Of a stretch of 64,000 nucleotides of DNA, positions 39,433 to 53,312 are shown piece after piece; the first letter of the stretch is position 1; each line of letters opens with the position of its first letter. The stretch lies in assembly GCA_951406725.2 (NCBI GenBank), contig OX597814.1, forward strand, positions 95,356,001-95,420,000, in the 5' to 3' direction. The position numbers and the translations under genes were made by a program. The stretch comes from Octopus vulgaris. Lineage: Eukaryota. A model generated the notes under the pieces. The model saw only the letters and a program-made list of their open reading frames with translations. It was not told where the DNA came from and did not search any database.

Positions 39433-40119
39433 ATTAATTAATGTATTGACCCCAAAAAATAAAAGGAAAAACTGACTACACCAGGACTTGAACACAAGAC
39501 GCAGAAAGCCAAATGAAAGATTGCAAGGCATTCTATCCGCTGCTCTAATGATTCCACCTATTTCCTACCTCCCTTCTTTCTACAAATTGTAAACTTAAAA
39601 AATTCAAACTGAATGTCAATCACCTTGACCATGCCAGTCATGGAAAATGCACTAAGGCAATGACACAGTCTCTGTCTTCGTCAGATTCTAAATGTTTAGA
39701 AATAAAATAAAGAAATACAAAAAAAAAATATGGTCCAACTCATGAAATCATAACTTAAAAGCAAGTTATCAGCTACTGATTCATCCAGGCACCCAGCTAG
39801 TTGACAAGTCAGTCAGCTTTTCCATCCCGCTATATGTGGAAGTACACACACTGGCTAACCAGCTTGATGAGCACTGACATGCTGTGTGCCTACAGAGAGA
39901 GAAATCAGTTTGGCTGTACTTAAAAAGTAGTTTATAAGTATGTAGAAACACACAGACACACACACACACGCATATGCATGGAAGAAACACGAAACATGAC
40001 AAAACTAACATGACTATTTAAAGAATGAAGATGGAAGATGAACAATAATAAAGAGACAGGCCAGGAGGTGGGGAATAGGAGAGAGGGAGAGAAAGGAAAA
40101 TAACACAAATGGTTTTCAT

Positions 40120-40530
40120 TTTTTCATTTCCTTTACTTGTTTCAGTCATTTGACTGTGGCCATGCTGGAGCACCGCCTTTAGTCGAGGAAATCGACCCCC
40201 AGGACTTATTGTTTGTAAGCCTAGTACTTATTCTATCAGTCTTTTGCCGAACCGCTAAGTTACGGGGACGTAGACACACCAGCATCGGTTGTCAAGCGAT
40301 GTTGGGGGAGGGGGGGGCAAACACAACACACAAACATACACATATATATATATATACAAATATACGACGGGCTTCTTTCAGTTTCCATCTACCAAATCCA
40401 CTCACAAGGCTTTGGTCGACCCGAGGCTATAGCAGAAGACACTTGCCCAAGGTGCCACGCAGTGGGACTGAACCCGGAACCATGTGGTTCGTAAGCAAGC
40501 TACTTACTATACAGCCACTCCTACGCCTAT
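40120..40530 (-). mobile_element. SINE family A, young copy
   Basis: CpG-rich; head ggcgtaggagtggctgt...ggttccgggttcagtcccactgcgtggcaccttgggcaagtg. Confidence 0.93.
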
Positions 40531-41279
40531 GGTGTGGATTAAATGTTTGTAAGTAACTCTGTGTGTATGTGTGTGTGTGTGTGCATATGCTTCTATCAAT
40601 GTTTGTACTTAAGTATTTGTATTTAAGTGTGCACAAAAGGGAGGGAAATTGTTACCGAGAAATCACTCACATAAGATACCACATACACACACACACATCT
40701 GTCCCCATTATCTCTCCCTAATATAACATCTACAACTTTTTGTACACATAAGCACACAAGCTTTTCATTAGCAATGAGTGATCTGACCAAACTGTGAAAA
40801 GACCAGCTGGTGCATTTGCATCACTGGTCATCCTTGTGGCCAACGTGTAGCAGCAAGACATGGCTGCTAAATGCTAAGCAACAATCTAAAGACAGCAGCT
40901 TCAAGTTCCGAGATTAATGTTGGTACTGTACAGTGTTGATGGTTGGCTATGGTTGGCCAACGAGTCTGATGTATAAGTCCTAGAACAAGTGGGCAACCTA
41001 CAAGCCTGCTAATCACTGTGCACTAGTAAAAATTAATACATTTTGGCCATATGTGCTACCAGCCATTCAACAGTCTCAACAATCTGTCATGCCTGATGCT
41101 ATTCCAAGTAAGTGTCAGTATTAGGGCCCAGAACAGAAGAAACTCGATAATATAAAGCAGAAGATAGGCAATCAACCTATACACCACTTGCTGGTAACTG
41201 CCCCAAACCAGTTACAGAATTGAGTATTTATGTTCATTAAGTTAATGGTATGAGAAGAAAATATATATACAAACATACA

Positions 41280-41530
41280 TAGGCGTAGGAGTGGCTATGT
41301 GGTAGTAGCTTGCTTACCAACCACATGGTTCTGGGTTCAGTCCCACTGCGTGGCACCTTGGGCAAGTGTCTTCTACAATAACTTAGCGGTTCAGCAAAAG
41401 AGACCGACAGCATAAGTACTAGGTTTACAAAAAATAAGTCCTGGGGTCAATTTGCTCGACTGAAGGCGGTGCTCAAGTATGGCCGCAGTCAAATGACTGA
41501 AACAGTAAAAGAATAAAAGAATAAAGAAAA
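41280..41530 (+). mobile_element. SINE family A with internal deletion
   Basis: Head joins directly to taacttagcggttc (central part missing). Confidence 0.85.
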
Positions 41531-41534
41531 GAAA

Positions 41535-41960
41535 GAGGTGAAATGACAAAGGACCGAGATACCTGGCACCTGGCCTTATTCAAGAAGACCCTAACCCCAC
41601 AGCAGATGTGCTAAGACTAATCATTCTGGTGGTGTAAAGTACTCATAGTGGTCCCGCATAAAAGCAGCTGTGCAATGTCACAAAAAACGCCTGTGCTGCA
41701 ACACATAAAAGCACCCATGTGGTGACACATAGAAGTACTTCTGCAGTGACACATAAAAGCACCTGTGTGGTGTCACATAAAAGTACATCTGCAGTTACAC
41801 ATAAGGGTGCCTGTGCAGTGACACACAAAAGCATCCACCCATAGAAACCACACCAATACAGACTAGAGTCTGGTGCAGCCCCCATCCACCAGCTTGCAGC
41901 TCTGGTCACACTGTCCAACCCATGCCAGCATGGACAATGGACGTTAAATGATGAAGATGA
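41535..41960 (+). mobile_element. RTE 3' fragment containing a 24-bp minisatellite
   Basis: About seven units of acacataaaagcacctgtgtggtg at 41677-41835, then the RTE terminus ggacgttaaatgatgaagatga. Confidence 0.8.
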
Positions 41961-41987
41961 TTATTTTTATATATATATATATATATA

Positions 41988-42580
41988 TGGGCACAGGAGT
42001 GGCTGTGTGGTAAGTATCTTGCTTACCAACCACATGGTTCCAGGTTCATTCTCACTGCGTGGCACCTTGAGCAAGTGTCTTCTACTATAGCCTCAGGCCA
42101 ACCAAAGCCTTGTGAGTGGATTTGGTAGACGGAAACTGAAAGAAGCCCATTGTATATATGTATATATATATATATGTATGTGTGTGTATATGTTTGTGTG
42201 TCTGTGTTTGTTCCCCCAACATCGCTTGACAACCGATGGTGGTGTGTTTATATTCCCATAACTTAGTTATTCGGCAAAAGAAACTGATAGAATAAATACT
42301 AGGCTTCCAAAGAATAAGTCCTGGGGGTCGATTTGCTTGACTAAAGGTGGTGCTCCAGCATGGCCACAGTCAAATAACTGAAACAAGTAACAGAGAAAAG
42401 AGAAAGAGAATATATATACAACAGGCTTCTTTCAGTTTCCATCTTCCCAATCTACTCACAAGGCTTTGGTTGGCCCAAGGCTATAGAAGACACTTGCCCA
42501 AGGTGCCACACAGTGGGACTGAACCCAGAACTATGTAGTTGGTAAGCAAGCTTCTTACCACACAGCCATGCCTGTGCCTA
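41988..42580. mobile_element. Family A SINE (+, 41988-42400) followed by inverted partial copy (-, 42420-42580)
   Basis: 42420-42580 is the reverse complement of 41988-42150. Confidence 0.88.
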
Positions 42581-43383
42581 GACCCTTGACTGGCTCCTGT
42601 GCCAGTGACAAGTAAAAAGCCCCATCCAAATGTGGTCAATGCCGGTACCACCTGACTGGCTCCTATGCCAGTGGCACATAAAAAGCACCCACTACACGCT
42701 TCAGAGTGACTGGCATTAGGAAGGGCATCCAGTTGTAGAAACCTTGCTAGATCGGCTTGGAGCTTGGTGCAGCCTACTGGCTGGCCAGTCCTCAGTCAAA
42801 CCATCCAACACATGCCAGCATGGAAAACCGACATTAAACAACACACACACACATACATAGATATATATGCATGCATGTATATTTTGTATATAAGAGGGTG
42901 AATCTGAATGTAATGCAATATTTATCTGCATTACTTTTTGACTTACCCTTGTATATGTTATGGTAAATCAAGAACTAAATAAAAAAAAAAGCTGCATTAA
43001 TTTCTGACTGAACTTGTATATTTTACATATGTATGCATATGCATTATATATGTATATGTATGTACATATCATATACACACACAGACACACAAGACACACT
43101 CACACATATATAGAGAGAGATAGACAGAGAGAGCAACAGAAACATGCATGTATGTATTATATATATTTTATATGTGTTTGTGTGTGTGTATGCATTTAAG
43201 TTAGTTTGAGCGGGAATGAGAGAGAAAGATGCACACGCACACATAGTGTGTGATATGTGTCAATGAAGGAGTCAAGGTATTGTGTGTGGTGTGATATGTG
43301 TCAGTTTAAGAGCAAGGTCATCCATTGCATCTGTGTGCACGCATGTATGAATAAGCTTCTGTGTGGCTGTGTGTGTGTTTGTG

Positions 43384-43421
<38 letters not shown>

Positions 43422-43644
43422 AGTGGAAAATAAACATCTTTATTGTGTGTGCATGAACTTGCATTTGCATCTCTGCTTACAAAGTGTGTGTGTGTGTGTC
43501 TGTGTGTGTGTGTGTGTGTGCGTGTGTGTGTATGTAAGTGTGTTTGAGTATGTATGATGGGATGGGGTGATGGAGTAGGTGTTACAAGCAAAAGTTTCAT
43601 GAAGAAAAGAGAAAGATTACAGAATTAAAAGTGGAGAGGAAAAA

Positions 43645-43780
<136 letters not shown>

Positions 43781-44935
43781 AAAAAAGGAAAAAGAAAGAC
43801 CGAGTGTAAAGAAATAGGGAAAGTGAGCAAGTTGCATGTTATCTTTCTTAATGAATAATAAAAATGCTAACTGTTTTTGTCTTCCTATCTGCTCTGCTGC
43901 TCCTACCTCCATCTTCACCCAAACTATTAAGATTCCACAGTATTCTTATCTCACAAAGAATTTCTCTCTACCTGATTCCTCTCTTTTACTTCATCTATTT
44001 CTCAATTTATTTACTTTATTTTATTTTTGTTTTGTTTTTTGTTTTCTTTTGGGGGTTTTTTTCTCAGTGTCTCTTTTCTTTAATGATTTTATTAACATTA
44101 TCTTCCTTTCTTCATCACCACTATCAACACCATGATTAGAAAAGAAGCCACTACATAGTTGCTTTGACATAAAAGAAACAGCAGCCAAATCTCCCTCTTA
44201 TCATACCTTACCATCATAAAACAGGAACAGACTCTGGATAATGTACTCCTAGATACATTATGCCTGAAATATGAGAGAGAGTGGCCATAGCTGGAATGCC
44301 ATTGATCACAACTGCTATTTCAGTTCTAACCTGGTGCTAAACAACACCGATATTATTAAATCACTACTGCCATCATCATCATCATCATCAATACCATCAC
44401 TCAATTATCACTATCATCAACCATTGTTTTCTTACTGTCAAAGATTTTTTCTTCAATAATAACCTGGGTTGGGTACATTTGCATCGCACAATGTTTCATA
44501 TCATCCTTAAGGTAACAATTTTACAAATCTGGCCGAAATACTTCCTGCTAGGTCTTCCTAGGGTTACCTCTATTATGTTTACTATCTATGAAAGTATACA
44601 TCACTTTCAGCAGATTATTTTTTATTCTATATTGATTCAATAATTCAATCATTTGCATTAGATGTTCAATACCAGGACTCTCGTTTTTCCTGAATATATA
44701 TGTCATTCATTTGATGAATAAAAAATTCTATGAACTATTATAATGTTTCGCTTGTACTGCAGACTACTTACCCAAAATTTCACTAACAATCCTAATAAAC
44801 ACCTGATCAGTACTGTCACACCACTGACGTATTTCTTTAATTTTAATTCAAATTAACTTCTGTCTTATTCCACAGCAATAATCCAAATCCTTCCACTTAC
44901 TTGCCCCTTGCTTTATATATTCCAGCAGATCTTGC

Positions 44936-45165
44936 TTAACTCTTTAGCATTTAAACCAGCTATATCCAGCCCAAATATCCTAACTGTTTTTTTGTTCAAA
45001 CCAGCTAGATTAATCTTTTCACACCTACCTTACACAGTCATTATAAAAGTAAAGCATTGCATCATTAAAACCTCAAAGCTACAGGATTAATGTTTGATTA
45101 ATTCAAAACAATGTGAATAAACATATGTTACATCTGACAGAGCAATCTGAATGCTAAAGAGTTCA
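44936..45165. mobile_element. TTAA-type (piggyBac-like) MITE, family 1
   Basis: TTAA-ctctttagcatt ... aatgctaaagag-ttca; homologous to 52649-52876 and 55778-56006. Confidence 0.75.
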
Positions 45166-45369
45166 ACTGCAGTTGAACCCTGTTGGATAAATCCATGTTT
45201 CCTTCAGCTTGAATATTTTCTTCTATAAGTTAGTCAAACAAAGAGAAGTAGTGCCCATCACTTTTGCAGATTTGGTTGTGAAGTTAAAAAGTTTGTTTTG
45301 TAATCACATTGTTCGAGTTCCATCACTTTGAATGCATGACACACTGAGCAAGTGTCTTTTATTTTGGTA

Positions 45370-46660
45370 TTCTATTTCCTCTCTATTTAAGGTCTGGACC
45401 AAAGTAGACCCCAAACAATTTACTCATACTCCTCATCCAGTAACAAACCGCTGGCATACTGACTTGTATTAATCCATGCTCCTGTTGCCTCTTCATATTA
45501 TTCCAGTTGGTGCAGAACATCTTGGTTTCTGAGATGTCTAATACTATAATATACAACTTTGTATATCCCAGTTTGAGCAAGCATTAATACCCACATGCAG
45601 TGGAAATATCTCAGATAAATTTGGTGGCATTTCACAAGTCTGTGTGGATAAAATGACACACAGAGAACAAACAACGATCTCTCACCTGTGATTTTGGCCC
45701 AAATCTTTAGCTATTACGGAATTAAAATTATTAACTGCACTCTGGGTTTAAAATCATTGAGTCACCAGAACCAGATGATCTACTCTATAAGATTTATTAG
45801 AACATATATGTGGCTTGCATTCATCATTAGCAAAGGTCATCAGCTCAAATAGCAGGTGTGTATGTAGTCTTCTAGTACTACAGTATACTTCAACTAAAAT
45901 AGCAACAAATACATGTGGCCATTATAGAGCTAACCAACAGCCCTGATGGTTTCTCTTTTGTACAGCCACTCAGTGCTTCCCATATTTCAGGCACAGTTTT
46001 ACACAATACACGGCAGTTCATCTTTCCTACTAAGCATTTCAAGAAATTATCAAGGTAGGATTTAAAGTTCACCAGCTCCAGTTTACCTCTACCTCAAAAT
46101 AAGGAACAGATCATCAAAGCACTTTTGAAAATGGTACGCATCTACTTGGAATCAGATGCTATACATACATTCAAATATGATTTTGTTATCACATTACATC
46201 TCTGGCATCAAATAGATTTTGTATCTTTGAGTCTTATAATACAAACAATGTTACCTTTCCTATGGTCAAGATGGCCAAGTCCCATTCTCACTACCAGCAT
46301 GTGGTTGCAATGACTTTCTCACAATCATCTTCAAATCTTAAATTTTCTAAAATTGAATTCTTTAGTATAAGTGTTTCTCCTATAATTTCCTGTTTAACTC
46401 CTACTATATACAATATTTAATATCTTCTATCAAATTCCTTTTAATTAGTTCACAAATCTAATCAGTGTAGGTTTTTCTGTACTGGAAATTAGCAGGCCAG
46501 CTTCCAGTACTTTGGCCCTGTCTAGAAATCTTATGACCACACAGATCACAAAGCAACCAACTAGCTAATAACATGAACACTCTACAGTATTCCTATCCTC
46601 CAATCTGATATTTTATCTGAATATGACACTGCAATTTCTTCTAATCAATGCTGGTATATT
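45370..46660 (-). pseudogene. Possible very old non-LTR retrotransposon remnant
   Basis: Complex sequence; EWDLAILTIGK weakly recalls the region before a restriction-like endonuclease PD motif. Weak. Confidence 0.25.
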
Positions 46661-48419
46661 CAGAAAATCATTCAATATCTATTAAAATCTTACTTGTCAG
46701 AACAGACTTAACTCTTTTGATACTAACCCATCTGACACAACCATTGGCTCAATGACAGAAACTTATTTTGTTGAAGTGATCTATATTAAAAATTCCATTC
46801 AAAATTCTTCATTATTTTCAAAGTTAACTGAAACAAAGGCAATATATTTCAACAAAAATATAGTTAAAAAAAGGGGGATAAGAGGATTTTACATCCAGCC
46901 CGCCAAACAACCCCATCATGCAATTAAGATACCATTCCAATCAACTACTTACACATTAGGATGAGTGAGATGTCTCCAAATGTCTGAAGAAATCCATCTA
47001 ATCCTTATCAAGAGTTAAACAGCCACTAGTCTCAGGACATGCCTGTAACTGCTACTTATATTGAAGTCCACTGATTTTACCATGTTTAAGCCTTTCTGAA
47101 ACAAGATTACGATTCCATACAATCACACCAACCAAATGAGTCACTATATAGTGTATAGATTCTAATGTTCTATACAGATTCATTTCACTGTATCTTTATT
47201 TGTGACTGTGTGCCAATAAGGACAGCAAAAAAAAAAAAAAACCTTCCATTGTCATCACCATCATCTTTTAATACAATTAATTTAATTATCATTGCTAAAA
47301 CTCAAATAGTGTGTAATAGTAAAGAGAGAATATTGGCATCATCTTTATTCTTATCTTCTCTGAATATCTGTAATATTGGTTAGCCCCTGACTAAGACCTC
47401 TTAGAAAATATAGCATCGACAAGCATTAAAAACCAAAACAAATAAAGTAAAATGATTTCAACAGAAAGAGAAAGAAAAAAAACGAAAGAAAACAAGAAAG
47501 CGAATAACAAACAAAAAAATGCAAAGAAATCCAAGGAATGCAGACAAAAATAATGAGACCAGATGGGGAGTGGGGTGGCTGAGAGCCATTCATTAATAGC
47601 TTTGCTTGTTTGCTTCATAAATGAAGAGATGCAAATGTAGTGAAAAGAGAAAAATAAACTACGATTTGATACAGAAACAACTGTTGTTTGCACTCACACT
47701 TTTCCATTCATTGCCACCTCGACCCACCCCACCCCACCACCCCACTTTTTTTTTTTTTATTTTGTCTTGTTCTCAAGCAGAGCAACTGCTTTTATTGCAA
47801 CTTCTATAGCAAAGGTGAGCTGTTTACAAAGTTGTTTTCAAGGAATCGGTAACTATTCATCACACACATGCTGAATGTTAGCACAACAGGTTTTCAACAA
47901 GCTATATAACGATACATCACTATCATCATCATCATCAACATCATTACCATCATCATAATTATCATCACCATTGTCATCATACAATCCATGCTACCAAGGA
48001 TTGGACAGGACTTATTTGAGGCAGTATTCTATGACTAGACGCCCTTACTTGCTTTGCAAATAAGCTACCTTATACCATGCCATGTTTTCATGTGCCAAAC
48101 CATGGAGCTAAAAGATCTTTGTTTATGTGCAACATAGAAAAGAACATCATCTTTCATCATCATCATCACTGTCAAAGTAGTGTCAATGTGAAGATACATG
48201 GAGACAAACATACACATACACTCACATGAATACAAACATATGCATCTACACACACAAACACACACATACATGCATACATATATAAATATATGTATACAAA
48301 CTTCTATATAGCTTCTATCTTCCAAATCTCATTCACACAGCATAAGTGAATCTGAAGAGCTGAAGCAGAAAACATTTATTGAGTGTACCACACAGCAGGA
48401 TTGAACCATTTTTTCACTG

Positions 48420-48680
48420 TCCCTGAGGGAGGGCCTTCCTCTACCAGGTCTTGCTGGTTTTGGATTGCCATCAATGCTTCAGTAACTTTGATGTTTTTTC
48501 TAAGTAGGGCTGCAAACCCATTTTTACTTTTAGTAGGAAATGGTCCATATTTATTTGGTCTCTATCCTTTGACCTGTCCAACATGGGAGACCCTCAAAGG
48601 AGCTTGCACTTGACTGACATAGCTTTCAGGTTCACTGTGGCACTCAAGCACCCATACTGCAACAAAAACTGGACCTCGTT
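48420..48680 (-). mobile_element. RTE-clade LINE 5' UTR-like remnant
   Basis: gcttgagtgccacagtgaacctgaaagctatg...gggtctcccatgttggacaggtcaaagg resembles recalled RTE 5' leaders. Confidence 0.45.
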
Positions 48681-48714
48681 GTGGAGAGGTCTGACAAAAA
48701 ATATATATATATAT

Positions 48715-49050
48715 ATGACAAAGGACTGAGATATCTGGTACCTTACTGTACTCAAGAAGACCTGTTCTCCACAGCAGAATTGTTAATGCCGTCCCCTCTG
48801 ATGAAGAGGATTGGCCTCCAAGAGCCTTGTGCTGGTGCCACATAAAATCACTCACGCTGGCACCACATAAAAGGCACCCAACACACTCTGTGAAGTGGTT
48901 GGAATCAGAAAGGGCACCCAGCTGTAGTAACCAAGCCAAATCAGACTGGAACCTGGTGCAGCTCTCCTGCTTGCCAACTCTGGTCAAACTCTCCAGCCCA
49001 TGCCAGCATGGAAAACCGGACATTAAATGAAGATGATGGCGATGATGAGA
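48715..49050 (+). mobile_element. RTE LINE 3' fragment
   Basis: gactgagatatctggtac...gtggttggaatcagaaagggcacccagc...ggacattaaatgaagatgat. Confidence 0.8.
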
Positions 49051-49600
49051 ATATATATATTACAAGCATACATTTGTAAATATATCTGTATAAACATGTA
49101 CACTTGTTACGTCACGGCCTGTCAACACACTGACATTATTTCCACTCACTGGATCCGTAACATTGATTACTTGGTAGTGAAGCATTGCATCTTTATTGCA
49201 TAAGGTTCCAGAGCGAAAAACAAAGAATGACTTGTGTTTTAATTTCTCTCTTTATTTATTTAGCATCCACTTTTTAATAGTAACATAATTAGAACTAGTA
49301 CTCTCTCACTATACTCTGGAAAGCATACACAAACAAATAGATGGAAAAATGAGAAATGAATGCTTCTATATATGAACCATGCCAAAACTGCCTCCCTTTA
49401 ACAGAAAAAGAAAGAAAAAAAACACTGCTAAACAAGGTTGTTGCATTTCTCTTTAAGTGACAGTCAGTACATTTGCTTGGAACATGCTGTCTGCCAAATC
49501 TATGAAACTCTTGTGTAATAATTGTTTTGGTGTATTTTTCTCCTTTTTTTTTTTAGTTTCATTCTTATCTTTATCATCAACATCATCATGATCATGATCA

Positions 49601-49649
<49 letters not shown>

Positions 49650-49783
49650 TACTTTTTCCCTGTTAACTGTTAATCTCATCATCGGAGGGGGTTTTATTAA
49701 ATAAACTGTGTCTCAGCTGATGAGATCACCAGCCATCTCCAGATACCACACACACACTCTCTCACACACACACAAACTCACAG

Positions 49784-49848
<65 letters not shown>

Positions 49849-50115
49849 CGCACACAAACACATGCAGATTGATACATGTACAAAGAAACAGACATAGCTG
49901 TATATGAAGAGACATAGCTATATATGCTTAAATGTGAATAGATGTGTGCATGTGTGTCTTAATTTGTGCACACGTGTACAAATATTGGACACGTATGTAC
50001 AGATTAATGTACATTATATATAGATATAAATTTATGCATATTTTACACACACATATATGTGTGTATGTGTATATATATATATACATACACACATACAAGT
50101 ATTTATGCATATTAC

Positions 50116-50167
<52 letters not shown>

Positions 50168-50494
50168 GGAAAACGAACGTTAAACGATGATGATGATGAT
50201 ATATATATATATACTATATACACATGTATGTATACACATATATCATAAACATATGTGCACATACACATATGTATAACATACAAGCAAATTTTATATATAC
50301 ATGTATGTTAAATATATATATATATACATATATACACACACGCACACATATATACACACAAGTACACACACTTTTACATACAAAAATACATACACACACA
50401 CACACATAAAGGGGGTGCGTAAAACATGTATTTATCTATGTTTACATCACAAACACAAAGAAATCTTCGGTACAAACTGCCAGTCAAATTCACA

Positions 50495-50552
<58 letters not shown>

Positions 50553-51194
50553 ACTAACACTGCACATGTAACATATCTCAAAATATCAAGAACACAAGAA
50601 ACACACGATTGAACAGGGACCTCTTTGTTGTCAACTGCTGTGTACAACATCTTTACCCACTATATCACCTTCCCCAGGGACAGTTAAGGTGGCAATACAA
50701 CCACTGAACCAACGTCTGGACCTAGGCTTCATAAGTGAGATTCAATGCCAACAGCATACAATCAGCTACTTTGATCTTGTGTAGCGTTCAATGTGGATTC
50801 ATGTTAGACATGGTAACGTCATTATATAACATTAGGTGATATCCCTTAGCGCTCCATGAGGCCTCTACTGGTGTGGTTTTGAAGTATATAACCCTTGACC
50901 AAAGCTGTTCAGACAAGGGATTAAGGGGATTTGTTGTAACTTTTCTTTTCAACCTTCCTTTAACTGTGTGGCAATGTTGTGTGTGTGTGTGTCTGTCTGT
51001 CTGTCTGTGTCAGTGTATGTGTATACACACACGTGTATATATGTATATTTATAAATGTAGATATATATGTGTATACATACAGACTTATATACATACATGT
51101 GTGTGTATATGCAAACACATGCACACACATATAGATAATATCTGTATGTATGGGTGTGTGTATGTATGTAAGTATATATGTATATATATATGAG

Positions 51195-51535
51195 TGTGAT
51201 CGTTACCAGCGTCGCCTTACTGGCACTTGAACAAAACATTCAAGCGAGGTCGTTGCCAGTGCCACAGGACTGACTCCTATGCAGGTGGCACGTAAAAAAT
51301 ACCATTTGTGCGTGGCCATTGCCAGTACCGCCAGACTGACCCTCATGCCAGTGGCACATAAAAGCACCCACTACACTCTCAGAGTGGTTGGCATTAGGAA
51401 GGGCATCCAACTGTAGAAACTCTGCCAGATCAGATTGGAGCCTGGTGCAGCCATCTGGTTTGCCAGTCCTCAGTCAAATCATCTAATCCATGCTAGTATG
51501 GAAAGCGGACGTTAAATGATAATGATGATAATGAT
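51195..51535 (+). mobile_element. RTE LINE 3' UTR fragment
   Basis: gtggttggcattaggaagggcatcc...ggacgttaaatgataatgat. Confidence 0.88.
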
Positions 51536-51698
51536 ATATAGCAGAAACAATGGATACTGAAGATAAAGTATACTAGAAACTTTATTTATCAAAACGATCG
51601 TTTCAACACATCCTGCATTGCAGGATGTCAAAACAATTGTTGTGATAAATAAAGTTTCCAGTATACTCTATCTTCCATTTCCATTGTTTCTACTATAT
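51536..51698. repeat. Long imperfect palindrome (arms about 80 bp, 1-nt centre)
   Basis: atatagcagaaacaatgga...acatcctgca-t-tgcaggatgt...tccattgtttctactatat. Confidence 0.92.
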
Positions 51699-52259
51699 TC
51701 AACATGCACTAAGGAATTCCTAATATAGATCCAACAACAATTGTGCAATTACCTTTGATTACATCATGTAGCCATAGGCAGTGAACATGCTTTGTCGGCA
51801 TACTACTAGGGACATACTCAACAAGCAAAGTTTAAATTTTAAATTTAAATTGAAACTTTAATTTTAACTTACTATATATATATATATATCATCATTTAAC
51901 ATTTGCTCTCCATGCTGGCATGGGTTATACATACACACACACACACACACACATTCACATTCATATTACTCATGTATAAATGGGAGCAGACATGGTTGAG
52001 TGGTTAAGAAGCTCATTTCACAGTTATGAGGCCCCAGATCCCAAGTTTGATCCCACTGCATGCAACTCTTGTACTGTGAATGAATTTGAGTAGAAAGAAC
52101 TGTGCAATATCCCATCAAATGGACTGTGCTTGTAATTAAAAAAATCCAGCCATGTCATACTGCACCATGTCAAATCTGCTTGATTATAACATGTACACAT
52201 GAGATACTCAGCCACTTCATAGACTAATTTGATTATTAGGTCATCCAGTTGATCAAGTA

Positions 52260-52470
52260 CGAGGGGGTGCAGTAAAGTTCTTGGCTTCAAGTAAAAGAAA
52301 ATACAGGAGGATCAGTTAATTATTATTTTATTCAACATATTTTCCTCTCAGATTCTTATTGCAGCAGTCCTTTAGTTTTTCGAAGCCCTGTAAAGGAACT
52401 TCAAAGACCGGGCCTCCAACCAGGCCCTTCGCTATACTCTTAAAGACAAGAACTTTTCAGTACCCCCTCG
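52260..52470. mobile_element. Mariner-type MITE, 211 bp
   Basis: TIRs cgagggggtgcagtaaagttcttggctt / aagacaagaacttttcagtaccccctcg; TA at 52258-59 and 52471-72. Confidence 0.9.
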
Positions 52471-52648
52471 TAGGGGGAATAATCTTGTATTGAACTTGAT
52501 GGAAGAGTCTATCTTGTGTATATCTGCATATGTATATTATATGTCAATGTGTATCATAATTATAGCAATATTTTGTTAATACATGAAAACTATTACTTTA
52601 GTGCAAAGCGACTGATATGAGCATTCAGTAAAAATTTGAAAATCAGGT

Positions 52649-52876
52649 TTAATCCTTTAGCACTCAGATCTTTCTGTTAAATGTAATGCTTACTTATTCA
52701 CATTGCTTTGAATTAATCATGAATAATCTCATAGCTTTGAGATTTCAATGATATGATCGTTTATTTTTAGAATGATACTGTAGAGTAAACATGGGACGCC
52801 AGATCTGGTTAGTTTGAACAAAAAACAGGCAGAATATTTGGGCTGGATAAGGCCAGTTTGAATGCCAAAGGGTTAA
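52649..52876. mobile_element. TTAA-type MITE, family 1 (opposite orientation)
   Basis: TTAA at both ends; reverse complement of 44936-45165. Confidence 0.8.
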
Positions 52877-53064
52877 AGAAATAATGCATTTGCGTGTGCG
52901 CAAGTGTGCATGCATGCATGTGCATGATATGTGAGTGAAGTTTATACATAGAAGCAAAAATAAAATCTAGCTGCATATTGAAACAAATACATAATGTAAA
53001 TAATTAGCAGACATGATCGTGATTCTAGCAGTTAGATATTTGCAGAACTGCATGGATATATAAG

Positions 53065-53312
53065 TAAAGTTCCATCTCGAGTCATATACACTCATAGGGA
53101 TGGTTTTCTGGTTTCTATGGTGTATATATTCCCCACCTGGAGGGGATGCTGGTCCATCACAGGATTACTCATTTTTGTCAGCTGAGTGGACTGGAGGAAC
53201 ATGAAGTAAAGTGTTTTGCTCAAGAACACAGTGCATCACCTGGTCCAGGAACTGAAACCACAATCTTATGACCATGAATTCAGCACCCTAACCACTAAGC
53301 CATACACCTCCA
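53065..53312 (-). mobile_element. SINE family B
   Basis: Ends ccctaaccactaagccatacacctcc (reverse of the tRNA-like head). Confidence 0.85.

Noticed and set aside
50790-50904. Minus-strand acceptor giving LWSRVIYFKTTP... or LVKGYILQNHTSRGLMER*
   Set aside because: Modest acceptor, no recognisable homology and ambiguous frame.
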